NCBI GenBank assembly: GCA_963806225.1
Contig: CAWDXG010000004.1
Coordinates: forward strand, 64,001-128,000
DNA: 64,000 nt
Source: an uncultured delta proteobacterium
GTDB lineage: Bacteria > Myxococcota_A > Polyangia > Polyangiales > Polyangiaceae
Reading direction: 5' to 3'
Part shown: in pieces, positions 1-11,568 of the stretch
How the letters are laid out: each line of letters opens with the position of its first letter
Position numbering within the stretch: the first letter of the stretch is position 1
Made by a program: the position numbers and the translations under genes
The notes under the pieces: model-generated
The model's database searches: none
Told to the model about the DNA's origin: nothing
The model's input: only the letters and a program-made list of their open reading frames with translations

Positions 1-60
1 GGATGACCTACTCTCGCGGCCGGACTTCCACCGGCAAGACGGCGCCCATGCTGGGCGCAC
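1..60 (-). mobile_element. 5' end of a probable class IIC group II intron, running off the left edge
   Basis: The minus strand reads GTGCGCCCAGCATGGGCGCCGTCTTGCCGGTGGAAGTCCGGCC..., a GUGYG start with the IIC-type GTGCGCCC(A/G)GCATGGG opening. It begins immediately after a terminator stem-loop and U-tract, the known IIC insertion context. No RT ORF or domain V is visible in the window. Confidence 0.75.
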
Positions 61-94
61 AAAGAAACGGCCCCGCGGTTTCCCGCAGGGCCGT
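61..94 (-). terminator. Intrinsic terminator downstream of the Cys-rich lipoprotein gene
   Basis: Minus strand ACGGCCCTGCGG-GAAA-CCGCGGGGCCGT followed by TTCTTT, about 25 nt after the stop codon at 118. Confidence 0.85.
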
Positions 95-117
95 CACTGT
101 TCAGGACCGGACTTCGA

Positions 118-1392
118 TCAGCCCGCGCCAGCCGAGCCGCTCGCCGAAGCGCTCGCCTTGACCGACACGTTGATCGACATCGAGGCCTGCGCCGCGCCGG
201 AGACCGCACCGGAGATGCAGCCCGCGACCTTGAGCGCGCCGGCACCGGCGCCCTGGACGACCGCGCCGATCCCCTTGACCGAGGTCTCCACGCTGGCCAT
301 CGCGTCCTTCAGGCGACCCTTCATGCCGAGGGTGACCTTGAGAATCGCCGGCAGGTTCTTCTCGAGGGCAGCCTTCAGCTTGGTCGCTGCCTCGGCGTCC
401 GCAGCGCCGGCGATGCTGACAGTCACGCGGGCTGGTGTGCACTCCACCTTGCCGCTGACCTTGGCGTTGCAGTTGGCCTTGCAGTCCGCACTCATCTTGG
501 GCGGAACCACCTTGCCGCTGCACTTCGGGGCCTTCATCTTGACCGAGCAACCGCCCGAGCAGGTGCCCTTGCAGTCGGCCTTGCCCTGCATCTCGCAGCT
601 GGCGTCGCACTTGCCCTGGCAGGTGCCCTTGCAGCTACCGCTGGCATTGCCTTCGCAGGTGCCGTCGCAGGTGCCTGCGCACTTGCCCTTGCTGTCCTTG
701 CCGTCGCACTTGCCCTTGCACTTGCCGTCGCACTTGCCGCTGAAGTTGCCCTGGCACTTGCCGGAGCAGCCGCCGCCGCAGGTGCCGGAGCACTGGGCGC
801 CGGCTTCCACCGTGCAGGTGCCCTGGCACTTGCCGGAGCACTCACCGCTGATCTCGCCGCCCTCGCACTTCACCTCGGCGGAGCCGGGCTTGATGCTGGC
901 GTCGCAGCTAGCAGCGCAGTCGGCCATGGCGCTCATCGAGGCCGAGCACTTCGGCGGAACCACGTCCACCTTGAGCGTGCCGGAGGCCTTGGCCTTGACC
1001 TGGTTGAGCATCTTGACGGCCGCATTGCACGCCGCCTCGGCCTTCTTGCCGGGGCCATCTTCCTTGGGCTTCAGATCGGCGTCGGTCGCGCCGAGATCCT
1101 TCGCGAGGTTGCCGCACGCCGTGGTGACGTCGCCCTCGACCTGGCCAGCGAGTTGCTGAAGGTTCGCGCTGGCTGCCAGAGCTGCCTTGAGCTTGCCCTC
1201 GACCTCGCCGCCGAGCCCGAAGTTCGCCGACATGATCGCCGAAGGATCGGTGATGTCAGCCGGGCACTTGCCGGGCATACCAGGAACACCCGGCACCTTG
1301 GGCATCCCGCCGCAATCCACGAGCATCGGGACCGCCGCTAGGGTCAGTGCGCCGAGTACCGGACCAATTCTACGCCAACGCTTGTCGACCAT
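118..1392 (-). CDS. Cys-rich lipoprotein with a CxGxC-repeat central region
   Basis: 424-aa ORF with SD GAGGAGG upstream. Basic N-terminus, hydrophobic stretch and LVDC lipobox-like Cys. Long C-x-G-x-C periodic tract flanked by Ala-rich helical regions. Confidence 0.85.
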   Translation of the reverse strand: MVDKRWRRIGPVLGALTLAAVPMLVDCGGMPKVPGVPGMPGKCPADITDPSAIMSANFGLGGEVEGKLKAALAASANLQQLAGQVEGDVTTACGNLAKDLGATDADLKPKEDGPGKKAEAACNAAVKMLNQVKAKASGTLKVDVVPPKCSASMSAMADCAASCDASIKPGSAEVKCEGGEISGECSGKCQGTCTVEAGAQCSGTCGGGCSGKCQGNFSGKCDGKCKGKCDGKDSKGKCAGTCDGTCEGNASGSCKGTCQGKCDASCEMQGKADCKGTCSGGCSVKMKAPKCSGKVVPPKMSADCKANCNAKVSGKVECTPARVTVSIAGAADAEAATKLKAALEKNLPAILKVTLGMKGRLKDAMASVETSVKGIGAVVQGAGAGALKVAGCISGAVSGAAQASMSINVSVKASASASGSAGAG

Positions 1393-1746
1393 CTAATCAT
1401 CCTCCTCAAGCCCAGTGTGTCGGGCATCTCAGCTCAACCGCGGTGCACGCTACACCGGGCATGTCGGCTTGAAAACCCCGGATATCGGGCAGCCGACCCT
1501 CGCAATCTACGCTTGCTACGTGTTCGATCTTTCCAGGTTCGCCATGCCAGAGGCCCGGCGATTCAGTGCCGGGATCCGGGCCTGTTGCGCCGCTCCGGCA
1601 TGCGGGGCGCTTCTCGCTCTGATTCCGCCCGTTGTAAAGGTTTTTCGTCGGAAGGAGCACCCGACCGCCCAGCCCCGTCCGCACAATGTCCTGATTTCCT
1701 GCGGTTTTCGAGGTACGGCCGGGTTCGGCGCGAAGCGGGCTCCGGG

Positions 1747-2121
1747 CTAGCTGCGTCCCCGGCTCCCGCGGCCGGTTCGCCTCGCTATTGGGCTCTGGGT
1801 GAACGGCAGCTCGATCTGCTCGGGTCCGCGCGGTCGTGCGGGCATGCGTTGTCCCACGCGCTTCAGTATCTCCTGTTCGCGCGCAAGGTCGGCTTCGATC
1901 ACCTCTGCGTTGTCCAGCGCGAAGGCCAGCGCGTCGAACACCGATGCAGGACTTAGCTGGGGGAACCGCTTGAGCAGTTTCTCGACGCTGGTTCCGCTCC
2001 GGTAGAAGCCCCACAACCGCCGCACGGGGACACGCGAACCCGCAACATGCGGGCTGCCCCCCAGCACGCTTTGATCGACGCGCACGTGCGGATGCGGCAC
2101 GAGGACAATCGGCAGGCTCAT
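1747..2121 (-). CDS. DUF433 domain protein with no adjacent toxin
   Basis: VDQSVLGGSPHVAGSRVPV...GTSVEKLLKRFPQLSPASVFDALAF matches the DUF433 pattern. Confidence 0.8.
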   Translation of the reverse strand: MSLPIVLVPHPHVRVDQSVLGGSPHVAGSRVPVRRLWGFYRSGTSVEKLLKRFPQLSPASVFDALAFALDNAEVIEADLAREQEILKRVGQRMPARPRGPEQIELPFTQSPIARRTGRGSRGRS

Positions 2122-2173
2122 TTCCCGATCGACATTGTGGACCGGTTCCGCGTGCAGGGAAAGTCCGTGCCGA

Positions 2174-4147
2174 TCAGAGCGCTGCGAGGATCCGTTCGGC
2201 GACCTGCTTGCCGGTCAGGCCGAACTCCTCGGCGATGCGCTCTGCGGGTGCAGATGCGCCGAAGCGGTCGATGCCGATGCAGATGCCATCGCTGCCGGCG
2301 ACGGCGCGCCAGGGGGTCGACCGACCGGCTTCGATCGTGACCCGACGCACGCCCTTGCCGAGCACCGCTTCCTGCTCGGCTGCAGGCAGACGGCCAAAGG
2401 CCTCCAAGCATGGCGCAGAGACGACCCGCGTGGCGTATCCCTTCTGCTCGAGCAGCGCCCTCGCCTCGACCGCGACGTGCACCTCGCTGCCGGTTGCGAT
2501 GATCACGACTTCCGGATCGTCGCTGTCGGCCAGCACGTAGGCCCCCTTGAGCAGCTGGGCGGGATCGAAACCGGCGGGGCGATCGAGCGGCGGTAGCTTC
2601 TGGCGCGTCAGCGCCAGGGCGGTCGGGCCTTCGCGGCGCGTCAGGGCGTGCGTCCAGGCTGCGGCGCACTCGAGCGCATCGGCGGGGCGGACCACGTCCA
2701 GATTCGGGATCAAGCGCAGCGACGCCACCTGCTCGATCGCCTGGTGCGTCGGACCGTCCTCGCCGAGGAACACCGAGTCGTGCGTGAAGACGTACACCAC
2801 CTGCGTGCCCATCAGCGCCGCGAGGCGCATCGACGGGCGCATGTAGTCGCTGAAGATCAGGAACGTCGACCCGAACGGGATGAAGCACCCGCCCACGGCC
2901 ATCCCGTTGAGGATCGCTCCCATGCCGTGCTCGCGGATCCCGAAGTGCAGGTTGCGGCCCGCAAACTCGCCGCGCGCGATGTCTCCCGCGCCCTTGATGT
3001 TCGTCTTGGTGGACGCCGCCAGGTCGGCGGCGCCGCCGACCAGCGCCGGGACCAGCTCCGCCGCGCGCTGCTCGACCTTCGACGCGAGCGAGCGGGTGGC
3101 GTCTTTCTTCTGTTCTGCGGCCCGGAGCAGCTGTTCGAAGAGGTCGTCGGGCACGACGCGCTCGCCGAGCTGGCGCCACAGCTCGCCGCGCTCGCCGTCC
3201 AGGCCGCCGGCCGCGGTCTGCCACGCTTCGTAGAGCGGGAGATTGTCCTTCCGGCGCTCGTCGAACAGCGTCCGGGCGTCGTCCGGGATGCGGAACGTGG
3301 GCTCCAGCGGCCAGCCCGCAGCACTTCTTGGTAGCTTCGACTTCTTCCTTGCCGAGCGGCGAGCCGTGGGCGGCGGATGTGTCCTGCTTGTGCGGCGCGC
3401 CGATGGCGATATGCGTGCGCGCCACGATCAGCGACGGGCGTCCCGATTCGGCGACGGCCTTGTCCAGTGCGGCACGGACCTCGCTCGGGTCATGCCCATC
3501 CACGTGCTGGACGAACCAGCCGTAGGCCTCGAAGCGCTTGCCCACGTCCTCGCTGAACGTGATGTCCGTGTGCCCGTCGATGGTGATGTGGTTGTCGTCG
3601 TAGACAAGGACCAGATTGTCGAGGCCCAGATGCCCGGCGATGCTCGCCGCCTCGCTCGCGACGCCTTCCATCAGGTCGCCGTCGGAGCACAGGCCGAACA
3701 CGCGGTAGTCGATCAGCGTCGACTCGGGCGTGTTGACGCGAGCGCGAGCATTTTCGACGCGAGCGCCATCCCGACCGCGTTGCCAACGCCCTGCCCGAGC
3801 GGTCCGGTGGTGGTCTCGACGCCCGGCGTGTGTCCGAATTCGGGGTGCCCGGGCGTCTTCGAACCCCACTGGCGGAAATTCTCGAGCTCGGAGAGCGGCA
3901 GGTCGTAGCCCGCCAGATGCAGCACGGAGTAGAGCAGCATCGACGCGTGGCCGCAGGAGAGCACGAAGCGATCGCGGTTCGGCCACGTCGGATCGGCGGG
4001 GTTATAGCGGAGGTGCCGCGTGAAGATGTCGACGGTGATCCCCGCCAGAGCCATGGGCGTACCGGGATGGCCGCTATTGGCCTTCTCGACGCCATCGACG
4101 GACAGGAACTGCACCGTGCGGACCGCTTCTTCGAACGCGTTAGCCAT
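2174..4147 (-). CDS. tkt: Transketolase, split by apparent frameshifts near 3750 and 3330
   Basis: Motifs [49 protein letters not shown] and [15 protein letters not shown] occur in successive frames. Confidence 0.95.
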
Positions 4148-4203
4148 GGTGGTGCCCCATAGCGCCAGACGCGCCCGGAACAAAGCGCGCGGCGCGGCGA
4201 CGC

Positions 4204-5405
4204 TCAGGGGCCGGCGTCGTGCCGGCTCTGCCGGATGGCCGCGTTGTGCTCGTTGAACGTGCGGCTAAACGTGTGTCCGCCGGCGCCGTTCGCCACGAAG
4301 AACAGGTAATCGGTGTGCGCGGGGTCGATCACGGCGGCGATCGACGCTCTCGCCGGGATTCGCGATCGGTCCCGGCGGCAACCCGGGATGGCGGTAGGTG
4401 TTGTAGGGGTTGTCGGGATCTCGCAGCATCGCCGGCGTGATGCGCCCGGAGTAGCCCGCGCAGCTCGCGGCCGCGTCGGGTTCTACCAGACAGCCGTAGC
4501 CCGCCGTGGGGTCCGCCTGCAGCGTGTGCAGCGGGCGGAAATCGGGATCGTCCAGCCGGTTGTAGTAGACGCTGGCCACTTTGCGGCGTTCGCCGGCGTG
4601 GCCGGTTTCCCGCTCGACGATGGACGCCAGCGTCAGCACCTCGTGCTCGCTCCAGCCGCGCTGCGTTTCGAGACGCGAGAGCGCGCCTGCGTGGAGTCGA
4701 TCCAGCTTCCTGAGCCGGCGGCGCGTCTGGCCGACCAGACGGCGCAGCACGAGCGCCGGGTCGTCATCGACGTGGAAGCTGTAGGTGGCCGGGAACAGAT
4801 AGCCCTCCGCCGAGGGCCCGCGGATGCGCAGCGATTCGAGCAGCTTCCGGTTCGTGGCGACCCCGCTGGAAGGCGCGGGCCGAGCAGATGCCGAGCTGCT
4901 GCAGCCGCTGGCCGACCTGGAGGTAGTTGTAGCCTTCCGGCGATGGTGACGTGCGCTTTCGGGCGCGCCGGCAGCCGCGCCAGCCGCTGCACCAGATCCC
5001 GGGGCGAGAGCGTGGTCGTGAAGCAGATGCGGGCCCGCCTGCGAGCGCGAGGGACGGTCGCACCAGCCGGAGGTAGGCGGCAAACAGCCGCGGGCTCGTC
5101 GACCAGCCCCGCGCGGGCCAGGAGCTCTCCGGCCTGGGTCGCGGTCTCCGGTCCTGCGGGCCACTCGAGCTGGACCTGGCGCCCCGTGCCTGGACCCGGC
5201 AGTGCGCCCCACACGAGTAGTGCGACGAGCGGAGCGAGCAGCGCGGCCAGCACAGCGGCGGCCCGCCTGTAGTAGCGCGGCCGGGATGCAGCGCGGCGTT
5301 GGGCCGGCGCTTTGCGTCGCTGGCGCGGCCTGCTGCTTTTTCGAAGCCGCTTTCCGTGCCGCTCCGGCGCGGCGTGGCGGTCTTTTCCGGGAACGCTGCG
5401 GTCAC
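4204..5405 (-). CDS. mltG: Endolytic transglycosylase MltG, frameshifted; start approximate
   Basis: N-terminal TM, then [43 protein letters not shown] and DYLFFVA. Directly downstream of ruvX. Confidence 0.9.
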
Positions 5406-5825
5406 GGCTCCTGCTCGCGCCGGGCGTCCAGCCAACTCTGCAACAGCACCGCAGCGGCGGCGCTGTCGATGCGGCTACGCGACTCGCGCTCTCCGAGGCC
5501 CTGGCTCTCGCAGTCGACCCTGGGCCTCGCGGGTCGTCAGCCACTCGTCGACGAGCTCGACACGCCTGCCGCTGCGCACCCGCAGCCGCTCGGCAAAGCG
5601 GCGCGCGCGCCGCGCCGGCGGGCCCTCTTCGCCATTCAGCCTGCGCGGCAGACCGACCACGAAGACGTCGATCTGCTCCTCGTCCGCTAGCCGTGCCAGC
5701 GATTCGACCACGCGGCCGGGATCGCGGCCGTCGAGATGCGGGCGGGGGTGGGCCATCAGGCCGAGCTCGTCGGCCACCGCCAGCCCCACGCGGACCTTTC
5801 CGAGGTCGATTCCTGCCGCCCGCAT
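5402..5825 (-). CDS. ruvX: RuvX/YqgF nuclease, frameshift near 5505
   Basis: MRAAGIDLGKVRVGLAVAD, VVGLP and DEWLTT. The C-terminal IDSAAAAVLLQSWL is in an alternate frame. Confidence 0.9.
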
Positions 5826-5975
5826 CGGTTCCGGGGCTCTAGCACGAAGCGCCGGCTCACGGCGCTTTCCGCCTCTCCGCGCTGCGCCGGGGCCCGTACG
5901 GAGCTTGACCGCATCGCATGCTCCGAGCATAAGCCTCCCGGCGGCCGGAAGCCCCGGCCAACATGCGGACCTCAC

Positions 5976-7250
5976 ATGCGTTTCTCTCGAGTCAAGGGGA
6001 TGAACGACATCCTCCCCGACGAGGTCGGGAGCTGGCAGAGGCTCGAGGATGCGTTCCGCCGCGCCGTGGAGCTCTACGGCTACGCGGAGGTGCGCACCCC
6101 GGTCGTCGAGCCCACGGATCTGTTCGTGCGCTCCATCGGCGAGAACACCGATGTCGTCGAGAAGGAGATGTACACCTTCGAGCGGCACCGCGACTCGCTG
6201 ACATTGCGCCCGGAGGGCACTGCCGGGGCGGCCCGCGCCTACGTCGAGCACAAGCTCTGGACCCGCGAGCCCGTGTCCCGCTGGTACTACCTGGGTCCCA
6301 TGTTCCGGGCTGAACGCCCCCAGCGCGGCCGGTACCGGCAGTTCTACCAGGCGGGCTGCGAGATCTTCGGCGACCCGGGACCCGTGTGCGACGCGGAGAT
6401 GATCGACATGCTGTGCGCGCTCTTTGGCGAGCTCGGCATCAGCGATCTCGAGGTGTGCATCCACTCCATCGGCGGTCCGGGTGCCCGCGAGCGCTATCGT
6501 GCGGCTCTCGGAGACTATCTGCGCCCGCACGCCGCGGAGCTCAGCGAGCACGCGCGCGCCCGGCTCGAGGTGAACCCGCTCAGGATCCTCGACTCGAAGG
6601 ACGAACGCGACCAGCAGGTTGTCGCCGGGGCGCCGGCTATTCTCGATGTGCTGGACGAGGACGACCGCGGGCACTTCGACGGCCTGTGCGAGGCGCTCGA
6701 CGCGCTGGGCACGCCGTACCGGGTCGATCCATCGCTGGTGCGCGGGCTCGACTACTACACGCGCACGCTCTTCGAGATCAAATCGAGCTCCGGCGGCCTC
6801 GGTGCGCAGAACACCATCGCCGGAGGCGGGCGCTACGACGGCATGGTGCAGAGCCTGGGAGGCACCCAGGTGCCCGCGATCGGCTTCGCCATGGGCCTCG
6901 AGCGCATCCTGCTCGCGATGCCGGAGGCGAGCGCTCGGCCGGAGCCTCTCGTCTATGTCGCGCCCATGGGCAGAGCCGCGCAGCGCGAAGCTCTGGTGCT
7001 AGCGCGTGACGTGCGCACGCGGGGCTTTCGTGCCGAGCTGGACGGTCGCGGGAACTCGCTGAAGAGCATGCTCCGGCGCGCGGACTCGATGGGCGCGCGG
7101 CTGTGTGTCGTAATCGGGGACGCGGAGATCGAGCGGAAGGTCGTTGCGGTGAAGGATCTGGCAGAGCACACGCAGGACGAGTTGCCGCGTGCCGACGCTG
7201 CCGAACGCATCGTGGAGCGTCTGGGATCGGCGGGCGGGGGCCACGCTTGA
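5976..7250 (+). CDS. hisS: Histidine--tRNA ligase
   Basis: VKGMNDILP, KEMYTF, LRPEGTA, FRAERPQRGRYRQFYQ, LVRGLDYY, GGGRYD, GFAMGLER. Confidence 0.97.
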   Translation: MRFSRVKGMNDILPDEVGSWQRLEDAFRRAVELYGYAEVRTPVVEPTDLFVRSIGENTDVVEKEMYTFERHRDSLTLRPEGTAGAARAYVEHKLWTREPVSRWYYLGPMFRAERPQRGRYRQFYQAGCEIFGDPGPVCDAEMIDMLCALFGELGISDLEVCIHSIGGPGARERYRAALGDYLRPHAAELSEHARARLEVNPLRILDSKDERDQQVVAGAPAILDVLDEDDRGHFDGLCEALDALGTPYRVDPSLVRGLDYYTRTLFEIKSSSGGLGAQNTIAGGGRYDGMVQSLGGTQVPAIGFAMGLERILLAMPEASARPEPLVYVAPMGRAAQREALVLARDVRTRGFRAELDGRGNSLKSMLRRADSMGARLCVVIGDAEIERKVVAVKDLAEHTQDELPRADAAERIVERLGSAGGGHA

Positions 7251-9038
7251 GCTCCTCCGTCCGGATCTGGAGTGTGGCCTGCGCGGTCGCCGCGCTCATC
7301 CTCGTCAGCCTGCCCGCCCGCGCGCAGACCGATCCCTACGGCCCTGGGATGCAGCCCATGATGCCCGGGCAGCCGCCGCCCGGCGCGCGCCCCCAGCCGA
7401 AGCAGCAGAAGAAGAAGAAAGGCCAGCCGGAGATGCACGCGGCGCCCGGAGCGGGCGACCAGTTGGTGCCGCCGGGCAGTGAGCCGTCGCTGCCCGACCA
7501 TCCGCTCCAGATCAGCAAGAAGACCCGCAAGCGCATCGGCAGCGACATCACGAACGACGACCAGGAGCGGGGGCGTGCCGCCACGACCACGCGGCGCTTC
7601 TACGGGCCCTACTACGAGGAGACGAGCGGCCGCTACAAGCTGAAGCTCGCCTTCCCGTTGTGGTTCGAGCGCAAGCAGCCCGCGCTCACCGATCCGACGA
7701 AAACCGATCGCGCGTCGGTGTTCGGAGGTCTGTACTACAACCGGCGGAGCCCCACCCACGCCGACGACGTGCTGTTTCCGCTGTTCTGGAACCTGCGCAA
7801 TCCGGCCGAGGGCTCGCGCACGACGGTGGTCGGCCCCTTCGTCAACCGCGTGGCGCCGGGCGAGCGCGACAACTGGCTGGCGCCGCTCTACTTCACCGGC
7901 AAGCGCAAGCACGGCGGCTACACGCTGATCCCGCCACTTTTCACGTACACGCACACGGACGCGAAGGGCGGCTTCAATCTGGTGGGCCCGATGTTCTGTT
8001 CGTGGAAGGGCGGCTCGCACTGCGACGCCCGCACGGCGGAGGACATCGATTTCGGCGTCGCGCCGCTGTACTTCTACGGGCAGAACGAGCAGTCGAAGTA
8101 CGAGCTGATCCCGCCGCTCCTCCACTACTACCACTACAACGACCGCGATCAGTCGTGGTTGAACGTCTGGGGGCCGTACTACCGCGAGCACACGGCGAAG
8201 CGGGACATGCTCCACATCCTGCCCCTGTACTGGAGCATCTGGGGCAAGAACGAGCGACACACCACGCTGCTTCCGTTCTTCCACTACGGATGGAAGGACA
8301 AGTCGTGGCTGTTCATCAACCCGCTGTTCCTGATGGCGCGCGGCGAGCATAACGAGCGCACCTTCGTGACATGGGGCTACGCGCACTACCGCGGGCGCAC
8401 GCAGCTCGACATGATCACGCCGCTCTACTGGCACTATCGCGATCCCGACATCGATCTCGACGAGAAGCTCGTCTTCCCGTTCCTCTACTCGCGCACGAGC
8501 CCGCGCGAGTCGAACCAGGTGTTCTTCCCCTTCTGGGCGCACTTCCATCGCTACGGCGTGAGCGAGAGCACCTGGATCACGCCCTTCTTCCAGCACTCCA
8601 CCGATCTGCGTGGCTGGCAGACGAACATCAACCCGATCCTCTACCTCGGCCGGAACGGCCGCAGCACGCACACGGTGATCGCGCCGGTGTTCTGGGATTT
8701 CGCAAGCCCAGCGCAGCGCAGCTACCGTCGGGTTCCCCGTGTTCTGGCGCTTTGCCGATCAGGACACGGTCAGCGAGCTCGTTGGCAACGTCTACTACCA
8801 CCAGCGCCGACTGAAGGACGGGCTCGACTGGCAGATCCACATCTTCCCCGTGTTCTCCTACGGCGAGACGCCGGACGGTCACTGGTGGAACCTGTTCTAC
8901 GGACTGGCGGGCTACACACGTCGCGGCGACATGGTGAAGGTCCGCACATTGTGGATCCCGATCACGGTCTCGGGCACGGACAAGAACTACGGCGGGCCTG
9001 ATCGGCGCGGGTGGCATCGGCCCGAACGCGTCGGGTAG
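7247..9038 (+). CDS. Exported aromatic-rich repeat protein with xxP[LF][FY][WF] repeats; frameshift near 8720
   Basis: TTG start overlaps the hisS stop. Signal peptide ending PARA. More than 20 recurrences of motifs such as FPLFW, LPFFHY, TPLYW and FPVFSY. Confidence 0.75.
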
Positions 9039-9047
9039 AAGAACCGC

Positions 9048-10099
9048 GTGAAACGATTCAAGGCTGCCGTACTCGGCGGGTCCGGTTTTGCGGGCGCCGA
9101 GCTCACCCGCCACCTTCTGCTGCATCCCGACGTCGAGCTGGTCCGCGTGTGCGCGGTCGATCACGTCGGCGAGCTGCTCTCGTCCGCCCATCCCCACCTC
9201 GAGGGTCTGACGGATCTCAGGTTCGAGAACCTGCCGCCCGAGCGGGCCGCCGCCGGGGTCGACATCGTGCTGATGGGTCTGCCGCATCAGGCCAGCGTGG
9301 AACTGGTGCAGGCGGTGCTCGACCAGGAAACGCGCATTATCGACATGTCCGGCGCCTTCAGGCTGAAGCGCAGCTCCGCGTACGAGAAGTTCTACGGCTC
9401 GAAGCATCCGCGACCGGATCTGCTGGAGCGCTTCGTCTACGGCCTGCCCGAGCTGAACCGGGAGCGCATCAAGAAGACGCGCTACCTCGCCTCGCCCGGC
9501 TGCTTCGCCACGACCATCGAGCTCGGCCTGCTGCCGCTGGCGCGGGCCGGCCTGCTCGCGGGTCCGGTCCACACGGTCGGCATCACGGGTTCGAGCGGCG
9601 CAGGCGCCGTGCCGACGCCCACGACGCATCACCCCGTGCGCGCCAACAACCTGCGCAGCTACCGTCCGCTCTCGCACCCGCACGCCCCCGAGATCGAGGA
9701 CACGTTGAACGCCGCCGGCGCAAAGGACCTATCCCTCGGCTTCGTACCGGTGTCCGCTCCATTGGCGCGCGGCATCCTGGCCACGTCGTTCGCGCGCGTG
9801 CCGGCGGAGCTCGCTCCGAAGAGGAACTCGTCGCGCTCTACGACAGCTTCTGCGAATCGGAGCCGTTCGTGCGCCGCCCGCGCTCCCGCTTGCCCGAGGT
9901 CGTCGCCGTCGCCGGTTCCAACTACGCGGAGATCGGCCTCGCCCTCGGCCCCGTGGAAGGCGACACGCGGCTCGTGACGTGCTTCAGCGCCCTCGACAAC
10001 CTGGTCAAGGGCGGGGCCGGCCAGGCCATCCAGAACATGAACCTGATGCTCGGGCTCGACGAGCGCACGAGCCTCGAGGATCCGGGCGCGTATCCGTGA
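9048..10099 (+). CDS. argC: N-acetyl-gamma-glutamyl-phosphate reductase, frameshift near 9820
   Basis: VLGGSGFAGAEL, IDMSGAFRL, VYGLPE, SPGCFAT, GSSGAG, LDNLVKGGAGQAIQNMN. Confidence 0.9.
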
Positions 10100-10180
10100 G
10101 GGCCCGCGGGGCCCGGCAGAGCGCTTGACCCGCGAGTCCGTGCCGGTGCCTGGGCGTCGGCCTGGATGAGCGCGGCTACC

Positions 10181-11568
10181 CTACCCGCCAGCGCCGCCGC
10201 CCCCGGGCTTGTACCAGCCGCCGAATGCCTGTGTGAGCCGCTCCGCTTCGGCGGGGCCCCACGACCCGGCGTCGTACGGGTGGAGCGGCGGCCGTTCGGC
10301 GAGCACCCGGTCGACGACGTTCCACTCGGCTTCGACCGCGCTCTGGGATGCGAACAGAATCGCGTTGCCCTTCCAGCGCGTCACCGAGCAGCCGCTCGTA
10401 GGGCGTCATGCTGCCAGAATCCGTCGCTGTGCGCGACCAGCTCCACGGGCTGTCCCGACATCTCCTCGCCCGGGCGCTTGGTGCGCAGTCCGAGGGCGAT
10501 CGCAACGTCTGGTCCGAGCCGGTAGCGCAGGTAGGTGGCGCCCGCAGGAACCGGATCGCCCAGCGCGGGTCGGGGCGGTCGCTTGAACGTCACGCGCGCC
10601 TCGGTCGCTGTCACCGGCAGCTGCTTGCCCGAACGGATGAAGAACGGCACGTCCGCCCAGCGGTCGTTGTCGATGAAGAGCCTCACCGCACAGTACGTCT
10701 CCACGTCCGAGGCGGCCGCGACGCCCGGCTCGTTCCGGTAGCCGCGGAACTGGCCGCGCACCACGTCATCGCGCTCTAGTGACTTCATCGCGCGGATCAC
10801 GCGCGAGCGCGATTCGCGCAGCGATTCGCCGTTGCCCGGCGGGTCCATCGCGAGCGTCGCCACGGTCTGCAGCAAATGGTTCTGCAGCACGTCGCGAATC
10901 GCGCCGGTCTGATCGTAGAAAGCGCCGCGGCCCTTGATCCCGAAATCCTCGGCCATGGTGATCTGCACGTTGTCGACGTAGTGCCGGTTCCACAGAGGCT
11001 CGAACAGGCCGTTGGCGAAGCGGAAGTAGCTCAGGTTCTCGACCGGCTCCTTGCCCAGGAAGTGGTCGATCCGGTAGATGTCCGGCTCCGGGAACGCGTC
11101 GAGTAGCGTCCGGTTCAGCGCGCGGGCCGACTCGAGGTCGTGGCCGAACGGCTTTTCGATGACCAGTCGCCCGCCCTGGGCACAGCCGCTTTTCTTCAGT
11201 GCCTCGACCACGTCGTCGAAGAGCGACGGCGGGATCGCCATGTAGTACAGCGGGTGCTTCGCCGCTCCGAGCTTGTTGCGCAGTGTCTCGAAGGTGCCCG
11301 GGTCGCCGTAGTCACCGTCGATGTACGAGAGCAGGTCGACGAGCTTCTTGAACGTAGCCTCGTCGAGCCTCCTCTCCGCGTTCTCGATGCCGTCGCGGGC
11401 CCGTTCGACGAGCTCTTGCTTGCCCCAACCGCTCTTGGCAACGCCGATCACCGGCACCCTGAGCCCCCCGGCTCCCACCAGACGGTAGAGAGCCGGGAAG
11501 ATCATCTTGTGGGCGAGGTCGCCGGTGGCGCCGAAGAAAACGAAAGCGTCGGCGCTGTTCGCGTTCAT
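10181..11568 (-). CDS. zwf: Glucose-6-phosphate 1-dehydrogenase, frameshifts near the C-terminus
   Basis: [55 protein letters not shown]. Confidence 0.95.

Noticed and set aside
1393..1746. Riboswitch or ncRNA in the long intergenic region
   Set aside because: It has GC hairpins but no recognisable family motif. An Rfam scan would be needed.
9048..10099. LysY of a LysW-dependent pathway
   Set aside because: No lysW, lysX or lysZ is nearby, so argC is the simpler call.
2174..11568. tkt, mltG, ruvX, argC and zwf as pseudogenes or programmed frameshifts
   Set aside because: All catalytic motifs are intact, and the indels are scattered without slippery sites, which fits sequencing error.
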